Part shown: positions 12,381 through 26,074 of the stretch, piece after piece | Layout: every line of letters starts with the position of its first letter | Position numbering within the stretch: the stretch's first letter is position 1 | NCBI RefSeq assembly: GCF_006345805.1 | Contig: NW_021833026.1 | Span: 682,001 to 746,000, forward strand | Direction of reading: 5' to 3' | DNA length: 64,000 bases | Source: Octopus sinensis | Taxonomy: Eukaryota | The notes under the pieces: model-generated | The model's input: the letters and a program-made list of their open reading frames with translations, nothing else | Databases searched by the model: none | What the model was told of the DNA's origin: nothing | Translations under genes and position numbers: made by a program

Positions 12381-12889
12381 GTTATAACTGTTTAATTTTT
12401 CACTAATTTTTTAGATAAAATATTCACCAACCCGAGTTTAAAAAAGGAAACCCAATTAATGTGTTTTTTGTAAACTAAAAATGACTTTTATCAAAAGTAT
12501 GTTGAATAATAGTTCGACAAAACGTCACTTGGTAACAACCTAAAACTATCATTCACCTGCAAAATTATAATAAAATTTGCGAATCGGTTCTTTTAAATTT
12601 GTAGAAAAACATATAAAGATTTTAATTTCAATTATAAAAAGCATGTAAATATAAAAATTTTTCAATAGTATAAAAGCAGTGTGTGTATTTCTGTCGGTAA
12701 AGATCAAGTCGAAAATTGAATTCTACATCAAATTTTTGTAAGTTTTTTAAATTTTATTTGATAAATAATTTAACCGCAAAATGAATTATTCTTTTATTTT
12801 GCATTTTTACAAAAATAAGTCTATATAACGATTTTGACTTCAAAAGTAAAAAGGATCTTTCCGCTTTTGTTGACGACTGCAAACAAAAC

Positions 12890-15540
12890 CAGCCTTTCGG
12901 ACCAAATGGCCACAAAATCGAGGAGAAAAAGCAACGCGTGTCAGTAATAATGCTTAGGAACCTCCCGAATTGAGTTGGAACCGAGGAACTTGTAAAGTAT
13001 CTGGGTAAACTAATCTTCTAGGGTTTTCTAGTTAAGATATTTTTCCGAAATGAAAGTCCACTTCATTTGGCTAAAGTGACCATCCCCTCTAATGGTGAAG
13101 CAGCCTCCCTCGTGCAAATGGGCTTGAAAACCAGGTTCCGTGAAATTTTCTGTAGCTGGTACAAGCAACCAGACACCCAATGTTTCCGCTGCCAGCTCTT
13201 TGGACATATCTCACGGTTCTGTAAAGAAAAAGTGAGATGTTTCATCTATGAAAAAAGAGTGAGATGTTTGGAATGCCCAATGTCTGGGAAGTACCCCACC
13301 AGGTGCATAAACTGTGAATCCTCCGTGCACATGCCCAGTCGCCAAGGAACTTCTCCAAAAGAGGATAACTCTGAAAACCCCGGATCATAGAACCAAGCCG
13401 AAAGTTGATACGGCTTTCGCATCAAAGAAATGGGAAAAAGGTACAACATAGAAACAGGAAGAAAGAGTATGCAAACAGTCAGAAAAGAAGGGAACTTTAC
13501 CAAAAGTGCAAAACTCGTGGACACGGAGGTTCAGACAAATATCATCCATAAACCCCAGTCAAACACGTGGAAAACTACGACGCACTCTATATCTACACAA
13601 AACCCAACATTAAAGGTAGAACAGGGCGTGAACATAACCGAGTTTACGAATCTACCTAAAGAAGTAGCGACATCTATGAATCTCGGAGACTCACTAAAGT
13701 CAATCTCTGGATACCAAGTATCCAACATGCTGCGGACAGGCGAAAGGACAAGTGCAATGAACAGCTAAGAGCGGAATTGGAGATGCTCCAAATAAAATCA
13801 AAAACGACGACTAAAAAAACGTTTAAAAATTTACTGGAACTAGTGGCGCTCGCTATGGAGGACAGCCAGTAAAACTCAACAAGATGAGCGTTTTTAACCT
13901 TATCAACGTCCAGTCAATTCGGAAACGAGCTACGGAGCTAACCTACCTGACTAGCTCTGTAAACATGAATTTATTGATTGTGAATGAAACGAAACTTAAG
14001 GAAAATCAACATCACAAAATCTATGAATTTCGATCAATCGGCATCCCGTGGGAACCTGACGCTGTGGCTGGTACTGGGACATACAATAAACGCAATCTAA
14101 TAGTGAGAAACCTAAAAATCGTAGAAAATTTGTATGAACTGATAACTTTGGAACTTCTAACTTCTTTTGGATGGATGTCTATGGGAGCTATGTACTCCAA
14201 AGAAATAAAGAATTACTCTAAACTTATAGAAGACTTCTTCGCAAACCATGACAGAGGAATTCTAATAGGCGATCTTAACGCAAAACACACCTCATATAAA
14301 TGCGCAAATACAAATAGAGATGGTCTGATACTCCTCGGATTATCGAGAAATGCGGCTTCAGTGTCTTGACCTCACAAGAAACAAACCATTTCTCTTATCA
14401 TGGGAAACCGGATAGGAGCTTTCCTCGTCTCGGCTGGTGTCATTCACCAATGCAACATACCGAGGATAGAGATAGACATTGGCATCGATCACCTGCGAAC
14501 ATCAACTTTGATACGACTCGGACAAACTGGTGCAACTGCAAGATAGCAATGAAAATGCGTCTAATACAGCATCCAATTGAAAACATCTCCTCAAATATAC
14601 AGATCGTAAAACTTGATAAAACTCCCAGAGAAGCTATACTGGACTTCCTTTAAGAATCTTTGGTCAAAAAGTACATCAAATCAAACACACCTGACTATGA
14701 CTACATTCCGATTAATGTCTTCAAACATGCCCCGGAAATTCTCCTACGATAATTGGCCGCTCTGTACAATAAAAGTTGGACATTTGGATACGTACCAAAC
14801 TCTTGGAAAAAGTCAATCGTGCGTATAATTCCGAAGTCTGGCAAAAGTAAGGACCGTGCAGAGAATTATCGGCCAATAAGTCTAATATGCTCAATCTAAA
14901 AAATTAGGGAACAGATTGTCTTCACCAGGCTTTCAAACTTTGTAGAGGAGTCAGATACGCTTACAGCGGAGCAGTAGGCCTTTCGACGCAAAAGATCTTC
15001 TAGAAATTGCTTGGAGAGCTCGAGAAAGTCATCTCGCACAGTTTTGCGGACAAAATATGCATCATTGCTATCTGCCGTAACTGAGAACCTAAAATACTTC
15101 GGGGTTGAAGTTGGAACCAAGGGTTCTTACTTCAGATACATCGATTCGAGAAGGAAGAAATGCGCTCAAATTCTCAGGAGCTAATTCACTTCCACCTTTG
15201 TCCAGAAACATTTTTATATGTTTATAAAACGTGCGTCGACCATTGCTTACCTACGGGCTCGAGGGATGGTACCCTACTACTGAGAGGAATGGAATTATCG
15301 CTAAGCTCGAAAAGACGAGACGATATGCCATCAAATTGGCAAATGGACTCCAGCTGGACCAACCCATCCCTCAAGAGATGGAAGACGCGACGGAAACGAT
15401 TGGAAATGTTCTTGAGAGAGCCTTTTCCTCTCGAATCTGGAATTAAACATAAAAAGAGGGAAACAACGCAGAAGAGGCATACTTTATCTCATTAACTTTC
15501 TCTCCCTTTTTCGGCTTTTCCTTTTAAATAAATTCATACG
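12890..15540 (+). mobile_element. Degenerate Jockey/I-group LINE (ORF1 zinc knuckle, APE endonuclease, deleted RT)
   Basis: QCFRCQLFGHISRFC (CCHC). APE motifs NVQSI..VNETKL..IGDLNAKH. RT start NYRPISL and AFRRKRS, then a jump to KYFGV. Many stops and frameshifts. Boundaries are approximate. Confidence 0.85.
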
Positions 15541-16245
15541 CTCTAATTCTTTCTCGATCGCGTCGGCTTCCCGTCCATAAACATTAATTAATTTTATTAA
15601 ATTTGAATTAGTTTCTAAAAAAAAATTCATTGTTCGTGTAACATCCCACTAGAAAATAAATGACCGGATCTCTGTAATACTCAGACAGTCGTAGACAAAA
15701 ATTTATCTTTCCCATTGAGTGTTTTCAATCGTGATCTTGTTTTTTTGTATTTTTTCGGTGATAATGTTGAACCTTCTCTTATGTTTTTCTCAACTGTCTG
15801 CCCAGTTTAAAAATTGCAATTTTGAACTAACGGGTGTAATGTAACCAGAGAAATATTATATTTTCAGAGTTTTGAAAGATTGTTTTTTCAGAGATGACAA
15901 TCAAATCCGCTCGGAAGTAAGATTCTTAGACATTAAAAGCAATATCTTGTTTTTACAAAAGCCAAAATTTGTGCTTTTAAAAAATGTTTTCTTTTTGTAA
16001 AAATGATGTTCAAATTGTTAAGTTATTGTAACGTAGATTTTGAATTCATCCTAAACGACACTTTTCACGGGCTAATGGATTTGTATCAGAATTTTAGGCC
16101 AGGTCGACTTACAAAAGCCGCTTCTCTGTGGGAGACTCTTTCCTTTGGGGATTGATTTTTGATGGGGAATTGCGGCACTAATTACAAAAGCAAGTTCACT
16201 TATCCCTGTGTTAATAACCAAACAAGTATTAGTACAGTCAGACTA

Positions 16246-16889
16246 TTAGAAACTGGAGCAGAAGAACCCTGATTCCTACACTAAGTAAGTGACTCTACCA
16301 AATAAGCCATCACGGCGTATATCGGAGTAGTATCCTTGAGGAATAGTTGGATCAGCAAATGAATGAAATAACTAAACCTGGGGGAAATATTCTCGAATTT
16401 TATCAACCAAAAAATTCTGCATTTGAACGCACGTAAAATCGCCAGGTCGGCTAGTAAGTGTTATTAAACTCAAATACGATTTCAATAAGTTAGCAATATT
16501 GCCAACATTTGAAGGAGTCAAAAACTGGAAGGATTCACTGTTCGGACAAATCAGACTGGCTGCCTACACTTGTGGATATATCAGTACGTCGTTGAAGGAC
16601 ACAAATGTGTATATGCTGTACAGTATCTCCGACAGTTTCATGTTACACTGAATATGTACAATACTATACTTTTTGGGAATTGCAGAGTTTTCCTGGGAGT
16701 TTGTGCAGTAAATGTAGCTGAAGTGTTTATATGGCTTCAAACCTGGATTCGGGGATTGACCAATAGGTTCGAAAAAATGTCGACGACAAATCTACACGCC
16801 TCCGGATTATTCTTATCGGGTTTGGCCTGAATGCAGGCGTTAATGCAAAAGTTGATTTGTAGCAGGATCATAAAAATCAATGTCAACAT
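16246..16889 (-). CDS. Secreted saposin-like (SAPLIP) protein
   Basis: Signal peptide MLTLIFMILLQINFCINA. Spliced product ACRFVVDIFSNLL..KLCNSQKCNMKLSEIL..AASLICP gives a C-x28-C-x4-C-x24-C spacing similar to the saposin B core. Five introns (22-27 nt, one 43 nt) give one open frame. Confidence 0.55.
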
Positions 16890-18123
16890 ATATTTTTAAA
16901 AAATGAAATTATTTTATACAATATATGATTTATTAGAAATAATTCAAATTATTAAATGAATTAAGGTGAAATAATATTTTATCTATAAAATATTGTTTTT
17001 AGCTTTTCCTCTTGCTTCCGATTCGTCTTTTTTTGGTTATAACCTTTTCCCTCAGTCACAAAACTGTAATTTTAGTCTATTTCTTTCAAACGTAGCACTT
17101 AATTTTCCAGTTGCTGCTTATCCCACAGTCTTTGCATTAATAACTAGGTTTTGGTCGAGGAAGGGTTTTAGCCAATATGGAATTTGTAGAGTGAAACGTA
17201 TAATTATGTATGCTCGTACACGACTTTACTGGCATTCCATCAACTGCAAGTGTCGATTCCGGGAGTTGGTGTTATCACCGTGATTAAAATATTGACAGTC
17301 CACGTAGTGATAGTGTAAAAAATAAACTTTAGAAACGTAGTTATCATTTAGACAGTTTGTATTGATTGGTTACATGCGAATAATGCCACCAGTCGAGATC
17401 GACTAATCTAAGAACTCTAATATCCATTCTATAAATTAGATAGACTTTTATTTTTCAGTCAGAATAAAAGATAGGTCTACAGATAATTTTTTGATAAAAG
17501 ATCAACTTTGATTTTTCGATTTATAACTTGTCGGGATTCTAAACTGAAACCAGAATAAATGAGCAGAGTTAATGAAGATCGACGAGGTCGCCATGGATGA
17601 CAAAAAACACGAGGGGTCGAAATCTACCTAACGGCATAGACCACCCCCACCGTAACAAAATGGAAGGTTAATAGGCAATAAATTATTCAGATCAATCGTA
17701 GTGTTTAATATCTTTATCAACGTGTTGAACACGATTACGTTTAGCGAAGAGAGCATTTCACCGAAGGATAATAAGGTGATGGCCAGATGAGAAAGATTCA
17801 GTTTGAAATAAACAGAACATTCCTCAGCAAAAAAAGACAAAATGGGGCTGCAAATTTAAAAGCCACGTGACCAGGAATTTGAAGTTTTTCGATTTCCCTG
17901 AAGCTCAGAGACTACCCAAAAGTCGGAAACCAAGAATAACCAACTCATCAAGAGAATATATTTTTAATCAATTCCAAAAATGAAAAAGTCATTTATTTGA
18001 TTCTACTAAATCAAAAATTTTAAAAGATCGTCTTAAATAACTACCTATTACAGCAAAAGTTTTAATTCACAATTTTTAAACAGGCAATTAGAAAAATATA
18101 CATTATTTGGAATATAAAAAGAA

Positions 18124-19674
18124 TTAAATTGATTGTTGGCGGAAATAACTATCGACTAAAGTCTGCCGCTTGCTGGGAATATATTTCTTTACTTTCTTAG
18201 AACGTTTCAATTTGACATTTTTCTCACTTAAACACTTCTCGACATTGCCAGGCCACCAGGAAGTTCTTTTCACAACCTTAGGAGTCATTTCCCTGGACTT
18301 CTCACAAATTCCAGCAATAAACTCTTCTACATTGCTCGGCTCATTTGGTTGAATCTCCGTTGGTGAAATCAACGACTGATTCAATCGGAAAGTAGGCTTG
18401 TTCCACGAAACGCCCTCTCGACTCACACTAGTATAAAAATCAGCAGAGTTGTTGCTGCCAATTCTCCAAAGAGCGACGGAATAGTCATCACTGGCAGTCA
18501 CTATTTCACTTTGTGTGGGACTCCAGTCAACTGAAGTTACCTCACCCCCATGTCCGACTAACAAAGTCTCACTCATTCTGCCTTCTACGTCAACCAGTCG
18601 TGCGTTATTATCCGATCCTCCACACAACAACCAATTATCATCAGGGGAAAGGGCAATACGAACATAAAAAGTATTAAACAGCACATTGGAATATGTTTTG
18701 ACTACAAATTAAGACATAACCAGACTACCCAATTCTAACGAACGATCTTGTCCTATCACTAATTTACTTATCGACGACTTTGGAGACACACTGCTTACAT
18801 AAACAGTCATAAGGTCACTAGAAACAGACAAACAAGAAAGTCCATCTAAAAATTTAAATTACAAAATTCTGACCGTTTGTTGTGTAGACATTGATCGGCT
18901 TTACTTTACGACTGTCCCACAGGTTAACAGTCCCATTCGAACTCGCAGAGACGAAGGTAGACCCAAAAGTGCCTCTTATACAAGTCACTGATTTTCTAGA
19001 ATGACTGGCTTTCCGACAGTTGGGGTTGTGGGCACTGGAGACACTCCATACTGACACACGGGGTCTTCTCAAATCCCACATTCGAACTGATCCGTCATTC
19101 GAAGAACTCAAAACCAGAGCTATTAAATTAAATAAATTAATTAACATGCTAATTAATTATAATTTAAATTAATTAAATAAAATAATAAATAAACAGTTGT
19201 TGTTGTGCACTCTTGAAACTGACTTTACAGACTGTAAGTGTTCTTTAAATGAATGGACTACAACACTTTTCGTCACATCAATTAAACAAAGTGAACAATC
19301 AGCTGACGCAGTGATAAGGGAATGATTTCTATGGCCAACAAGCCACTCCACATCGTAAATTGCTCTATCATGAAATTTGTGGCGACTTTTTTGGAAAAGG
19401 TCAGTTTTGTTGGCAAACCAAAGCTGGCCAACCTCGTCAGAAATAGAGTAAACATCACCCTCAGCTTGAAATGGTATATAAATACTAACTTGGCTCGAAT
19501 TTGCAAGAATAGGGAGGGCACTGATCAAGTCTAGAAACCTCATATATTTCTGTTCTGTCTTGTTTAATAGAATTGAAGCCAAAATGTTTAACAGTGTTCA
19601 GGAGTGGATATTTTCCTGGGATTATTATGTTATATGTTACCGTAATATTCTCTTTCCAATATCTGATGGTACAT
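18124..19674 (-). CDS. DTL: Denticleless/Cdt2 WD40 substrate receptor of CRL4
   Basis: N-terminus KYPL..PPYSCKF..SDEVGQL..HDRAIYDVEW..LITASAD..EHLQSVKSV; ALSPDDNWLLCGGSD; GHGGEVTSVDW; C-terminal PIP box QTLVDSYF. Confidence 0.85.
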
Positions 19675-20016
19675 GATCACCTGACACTGATCCGATATTT
19701 ATTTTATTAGATTTTTATATAATATTTTATAGAAATTTATCAATAAAAAGTATTTAATTTTTTAAAGAACCTTATAATTAGTTATTGAATTTATCTAAAG
19801 GAAAAAATGGTTAATTTTTAAAATGAGCATGAATTCATCAAATAGAGGCTAAAACGGCTATTTTACAACATCGAGTTCACACTGACTGATCGAACTCAAT
19901 TTAAATTAAAATACAACAAAGTATAAAAATACAGACCGAAAAAAGTATAAAAATTTAAGTTGAGTTTAATCATTTTAAACCCAATTTATTATTTTAAAAA
20001 TAATATTTTGTTTATA

Positions 20017-21446
20017 ATGTTTGCGTGTGTCGGAGTATCCACCTTGTTACAAACAAACCCAAACATTATCAATATTCTTGAAAAAACTTTTAATAATTTC
20101 AAGGTTTCTTAAACACTATTAAAAAACAGGTAATAACCGGAGGAAACATTCAGAATGAATATATAATAAAATATGTTTTTCCATTTTTTACATCAAATTT
20201 ACACAGTACGAGAACCCGACAGACAAAACAGGCCCGCATATCGTAAATGTAATGATTCTTGGTCCTTCCTTATTTTTCGATGACTCTTTAAATACTATTG
20301 TAAGTACAGAGTAACAGATTGTAGTCTTTAATGTTCGGAGATGAGTATTTTACAGAGCCGATTAACAGTGAAATGGTCAAACAAGCCACGAAAGTTGTTA
20401 ATTTAAATTTTCAAGAAACCATATTTCCACTTGTAGTCAAAATCAGTCATTTTCCCCATCGTGTGCCTCAAAATTTGACAACAAACTCATATTTGATGGG
20501 TAGAGAGAACATGCGACCGATTTTGGTTGGCCATCGAGGATGTGGATCAACGTACGGACTAAACACAGACGAGTGCACTGAGAATACGATTGCCGCATTC
20601 CAAAAAGCACACAAATTGGTATTCCAATTTCAAAACTAAGAGGGAGTGGATATGGTCGAGTTGGATGTTTCGATAACAGCCGACTCCAAAGTGGTTGTAT
20701 ATCACGACGACAGTGTTTTCCGTGGATCATCCCAAGTGACTATTTCTCAACTCTTTTATGATTCACCACAGGTTTCTATATTCTCTGATATTGGTAGAAA
20801 CTGGAAAATGTTGTAATCAGTATTACCATTTGTTTTTTTGTAGGGTCTCCTTTGCAGTTAGGACAGGACGAGTGGAGCGAAATGCCTTTGTTGGCTTCCG
20901 TCCTTGAAAAGACTCCACCGACATTGTCTATTAACGTGGAAATAAAATCCCCTCCGCGTGTAATTGTCGACGAAGAATACATTTCTACTATACTTAGTGT
21001 TCTGGCCGAACATCCCTCACGTTCATTTATAATATCAAGTTTTTCTCCAATCATATGTGCAATGTATATCTATATTTGTGGATTTGTAGAACTGCTCGTC
21101 TGCAGACCGCTATCCCGGTCTTATTGCTAGTCGACAAAGATTTGGATAAGTGTGTAAAATTTGCATTTTTGGAACAATTGTCGGTTGTGTTTTTGTCAGT
21201 ATAATTGAAGGGAGTTGTGGTTGACTCCCAGATTCTTTTGGCTGAAGGGATGTCTGGAGAGGTTATGAAAATCAAGGAAATGTCACTGAGTGTTTTTGTA
21301 TGGGGTGAATCTAACAATGAAAGGAATAATATTAAAAGACTGGTTGAAATGGGAGTTGATGGAATCATTAATGACCGGTGAGTATAATATAATTACGTTA
21401 TTCTAGAATTGGCATTCTCATTGATTCAGTACGGAATAATTCTTAG
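20017..21446 (+). CDS. Glycerophosphodiester phosphodiesterase (GDE5/GPCPD1-like catalytic domain)
   Basis: VGHRGCG..ENTIAAF..DMVELDV..VVVYHDD; INVEIKSP; IISSFSPIIC; C-terminal GVDGIINDRI. Spliced through 25-32 nt introns. Confidence 0.85.
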
Positions 21447-21884
21447 TAATTTCAATTAATTTTCATTATTAATAATTGATTTTCCTCTTTATTTAAATTA
21501 AGTAAAATACTTCAGTCGCCTAAATGTACTTTGGCATTGAAAAAGTACAAAATACTGATTGTATATAACACAGGTATAAAAAACGGATGAACAGAATCAT
21601 TTCTGGTATCGCACATAAAAAAAATATCTAATTAGTCGAATAAAATAACATTGAATTATTTGGCCGATATTATTATTCAATTATTACGTGCTTTATACAC
21701 TACAGCAAAACTTAGGCTCAACTGCAATCTACTTTTTTGTACATACCCCAATGAAAGAATAATTCGATTAAAAAAATTTAACCAAGATGAGCCATATATT
21801 AAAATAATCATTCAAAAAATAGAGCTATTGCAAATACGAAAAAGTAAAATAATTAAACCGATTTATAAGAGAATATTATTTTGT

Positions 21885-23896
21885 CTAATAATGTGGTAAA
21901 ATAGATTCTATTCCATTAATAAACTTGCACAGGCTTCCTTTTTGGCACCAATTTGGATTTGTTTGAATAATGTTTGAAATTTCATTTGGGTTACAAATTT
22001 CAGTTGTTGGGGGAGAAGACAAAACGGAACATTCCCCATATGCTCTCCTCCCACTGTGACTCCACCCACAGTATACTTCTCGAGTTTTAATCCCCGCAGA
22101 TTCGCCGTTTTTTAAGCACTGAAAGTCACAAAAACAAAGACACATTTCCCCAAGGTTCTGTGAACCATCGATAGGTGCACAATTTGTTGTGACAAGACCT
22201 GACTACTTCCGGTTGTGGATTGAGGCATAGTTTACTGTCAATTTCACGTCCTTTCCAATCTACGCAATGTACCTTCCTGAGTCTAATTGAGATCTCGTAT
22301 CCAAAACATTTTTCCTCAGAACACTATTGGTTTACACAAATCTTAGCCACCTCAGACCATTCCGATGTTTTCCATCGTGGGCAAAGGGAACCACAATTTC
22401 TTTCCACAGCAGGTCTGACAAGTCCGGCAGAATCACATAAACTGGAGGAAACAATTGTATATGAATTTTGTGAGACAAGGGCGCACTGTACACTTCTTTC
22501 CTGAGAACCGATTCCACAGAGAAGGGAACATTGAGACCATTCCGTTACCACAAAAGTCAAAATATTTGAGTCAGCAATAACATAGTTGCGCGTCAAATCT
22601 ATCAATATTATCCAATACTTATGCCTTCTATAAACGTGAAGTTTAGTTTTTCTTTCATTTGGGAAACAGGTGTGATAAAAAAACTTTTATATTCATGACT
22701 TTTTCCAACACACCGATAGTGGCTTGGTTGATTAACTTTTAGTATCAAAGAATCACCCGAAATGTTTAATTGATTTCCATTTTTTTCCCAATGTATTCCC
22801 AAACTTGAATTCTTAAGCGGACATTTTATTTCGAGGTAAGAAATATTGAAAACATAAGCGGCATCTTCATATTGAAGGAAAACGCGGTCGAGATTTGCAT
22901 TTAACTGAACGTAGGTCTGGTTTGACCAAAATTCAAAATTTTTTTGACATAGTTTTCTGGGACATTTTTTTGCATGCATTGCTTCCCAGGAACACATTTC
23001 GTCATTCGCGGGTATTTTAGGACTGTCCTTGTCATTTCCTACGAGAACACATCGTCGTGTGCGGAAAGCTAGTAATTGTTGACACGTGTCAGAGCACTTG
23101 GATGATATATATATTTTACTTACTTGATTCCATGGAGAATAATCCCATTTCGCAAAACACACAGATCCGTAACATGTTTGATTCATTATTGGAGGAGGAT
23201 AACTGCAGAATTTTGTCGAAATAGAAATCCATTGATCCCTGGCAAACTCTTGGCGACATTCATAATCCAATTGTCGGAATCCTTGACCACACTGTGAAGA
23301 GCAAGTACCATTTTTGGTCAAATACCACCTGAATGTAATACAACAAGAGCAAACTGAGGCATACAGGCGAATTCGTTACATTTTCTAGAGACAAAATACG
23401 GACGAGTTTGATTTGCACAAAAACTGTCAGCAGTGATTTGTTGTGTGTTGTTGTCAAAACATTTTATGATTGGATCAGAAACACCTTCCATTTACGTTAA
23501 ACTCAAACCCCCAAGACAAGATCGACTGCAAGTTGAATAGCCAGCAAATTTCCAATAATGTCCATCAGTCAACTCGTTACATGGCCGAAAGTTACAATGG
23601 GTGAATGAGGTTGGTTTTTGTTCTTAAAATGTAAGAATGACACTGAGAACTATTAGCCTTCATGCAACAAGAGGATGGGATGTGGATAAATTTAAACTGG
23701 AACGGTACATAGACCCCACAAACAACGTCGCGGTATCGACGACCGAGTCCACAAGAAGTGCTGCACTTACTCCATTTGCTTGTTAGCCATCTTAGTTCAA
23801 ATGGCTCAAACTGCATATTTGAATTAGTAAACTTACGTTATCAGTCAGATTTACCCATAAAAGAAGGACTGCAAAGAAGTAGTAGTGCCCCGCCAT
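21885..23896 (-). CDS. Secreted ADAMTS-like protein (TSP1 repeats plus Ig-like domain)
   Basis: Signal peptide MAGHYYFFAVLLLWVNLT, then repeated WxxSxWSxCSxxCGxGxxxR TSR modules and an Ig-like segment (LEIKCP..IHWEKNG..YRC). The final exon is uncertain. Confidence 0.8.
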
Positions 23897-24477
23897 TCAA
23901 TAAAAAGTATCTACAGCCAATTATAATTAGATGAATATATATGTTATGTAATTGATTGAAATATCAGACATATTCTTTTGTTCGTCGAGAAATACTAATG
24001 TTGGCTTTCTTTTAATTATTAAATTGCCGGTGCGTTGACGTTTATATCTTAGCTGTCACTGATAAAACTGACTGGAGACAGCTGCAATCACTAAGTCGAA
24101 TGCTTACTGATTGTTGATTGCAGATTAAAATCTTCCAGAAAAGCGAATATCGGTCCTTTATCAGTCGATATTGATTTTCTTAATTAAGCCTTATATTATT
24201 CTTAGCATCCGTAAATAACGATTAATGACCCTTTAAATAAAAATTGGTTTACAAGTTACAATTTTGCATCATTATCGATTAAAATTATAAAATAAAAAAT
24301 CATTCTTTTCGATTTAAAATTATAAAATAAAAAAATCAGTAATGGCACGTATAAAATTATCACACGTGACACTAATTGAAAGTGATAAAGAATATGTCAG
24401 TAACGACAGGAGATAATATTTGTACTAAAACATTAAATAATGATTCTTTATTGCCTTGTCTAGTTTAAGAGATCCAA

Positions 24478-24620
24478 ATATATTTATGGAATAAGAGGAT
24501 ATATTTATGGAATAAGAGGATATATTTATGGAATAAGAGGATATATTTATGAAATAAGAGGATTTATTTATGAAATTAGAGGATATATTTATGAAATTAG
24601 AGGATATATTAATGAAATAC
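24478..24620 (+). repeat. 21-bp minisatellite, about 6.8 units
   Basis: Unit ATATATTTATGGAATAAGAGG with polarised variants (GGA->GAA from unit 4, ATA->ATT from unit 5). Confidence 0.95.
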
Positions 24621-26074
24621 CCTGTAATTTAAAAACCTTGACTTTATATACACATAAATCTATTCCATTTTCTCTGTATATATCCAACGAGATTCTTCAT
24701 TAGACGCGGATATATATATTTACAGGTCTACGAATCCTATATAATAGATACATTTTCAAATTTGTACTAAGCTATTAAATTAATCCAACAACCAAAGCGT
24801 AAAATTAAAGTACTTATCTTATCGTATTTTAAAGAATTTTAGAAACATAAAAAGTCTGTCTACAATCTCAGATAGCTGGTCAAATTTTATTACGAAAATG
24901 TAAATGATGTTAATTTATGGCTTTAGTGGAGATTAAATACATTTTGATAAAAATTTAAAGTTCAAAAACAAAATTAGAATTTTTTAGTTGAGTTGAAACT
25001 AATCAACAAAAAATATATACGGATTTTTCATTTCATAAAATCATTAATCATCATCAACCAGCAGAGCTCCTGCAACTAGACTATCAAATGCCGTAGAGTA
25101 ATCCTAGTCCACCATGGTCAGAATATTCACAGCAGAAAACGCCGTATTTTACTGTCTTATTCATTTCTTTCATAATTTATTTCTTTAATCTAACAACAAA
25201 TTTAATACCGGATTTACATATAAACACGGTGGAGAGCCTACCCTAGATCTTAATAATACTTTTCTGGAGATACTCACAGATTTTTTTTTCATTTTCTATT
25301 TTTAAGCACTTTTTCATACTTTTGCTATATTTGTTCAGAGTAACTTTATACCTCACCCACTAATTCGTTTCTGACTTTTCATCCCAAATCTTCAGTCATT
25401 GATGTTTTATATAGAAATGGTCGTATTTTCTTTTTAATTTAATCTGGCAACAGAACTGTTTTTTTAAAAACTTATTGCAAATCTTAACTTTCTTTCAAAT
25501 TGAATATTTATGTCTTTATCTATTTCTGGATCTGAGACGACCCCTCAGAGAAGCCGAGAACTATAGTTCTATGTTTTGGACGGTGATCTTGGTTTTAATA
25601 ATAATCTGAGATGAAAAAAATATGTCAGCTATCTTTCACAGGTTTGATAGGAATGAAAACTATCAGCACGTTTAAGACGTAATGATCTAGCTTTCCATCT
25701 TTCCGATAGATTTTTCTGATGTTTCCAAAAATCCAGGTTAATCGGGTCCACCCTTTGGCATACTTTGAATAATCTCTGGTTTAATTTCTTTGAGATCACT
25801 ATACACGTGACTTAGTATGGAACCAGATCCGATTTAAATAATCTTTTAGATGTCGTAAATATATATTAAAATATAGATTGTTGTAAGAAGCACCTAAATT
25901 AAAAATAACTCAACTCCTCAAAAAAACTTTCCTAATAACATCAAAAATGTTTAAAAGGCCACTCAAAATCAATCTGATGTGATAAACTGTGTATATCGAT
26001 ATTAAAAAGCATCAGTTAGAATAGTTTTAGCAATGATTTACTTTCAAAACACACAATTATGATTATAAACAATT

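Noticed and set aside
16990-17860. Coding-like segments between the saposin-like gene and DTL
   Set aside because: Multiple stops in the plausible frames and no recognisable domain. Possibly decayed TE sequence.
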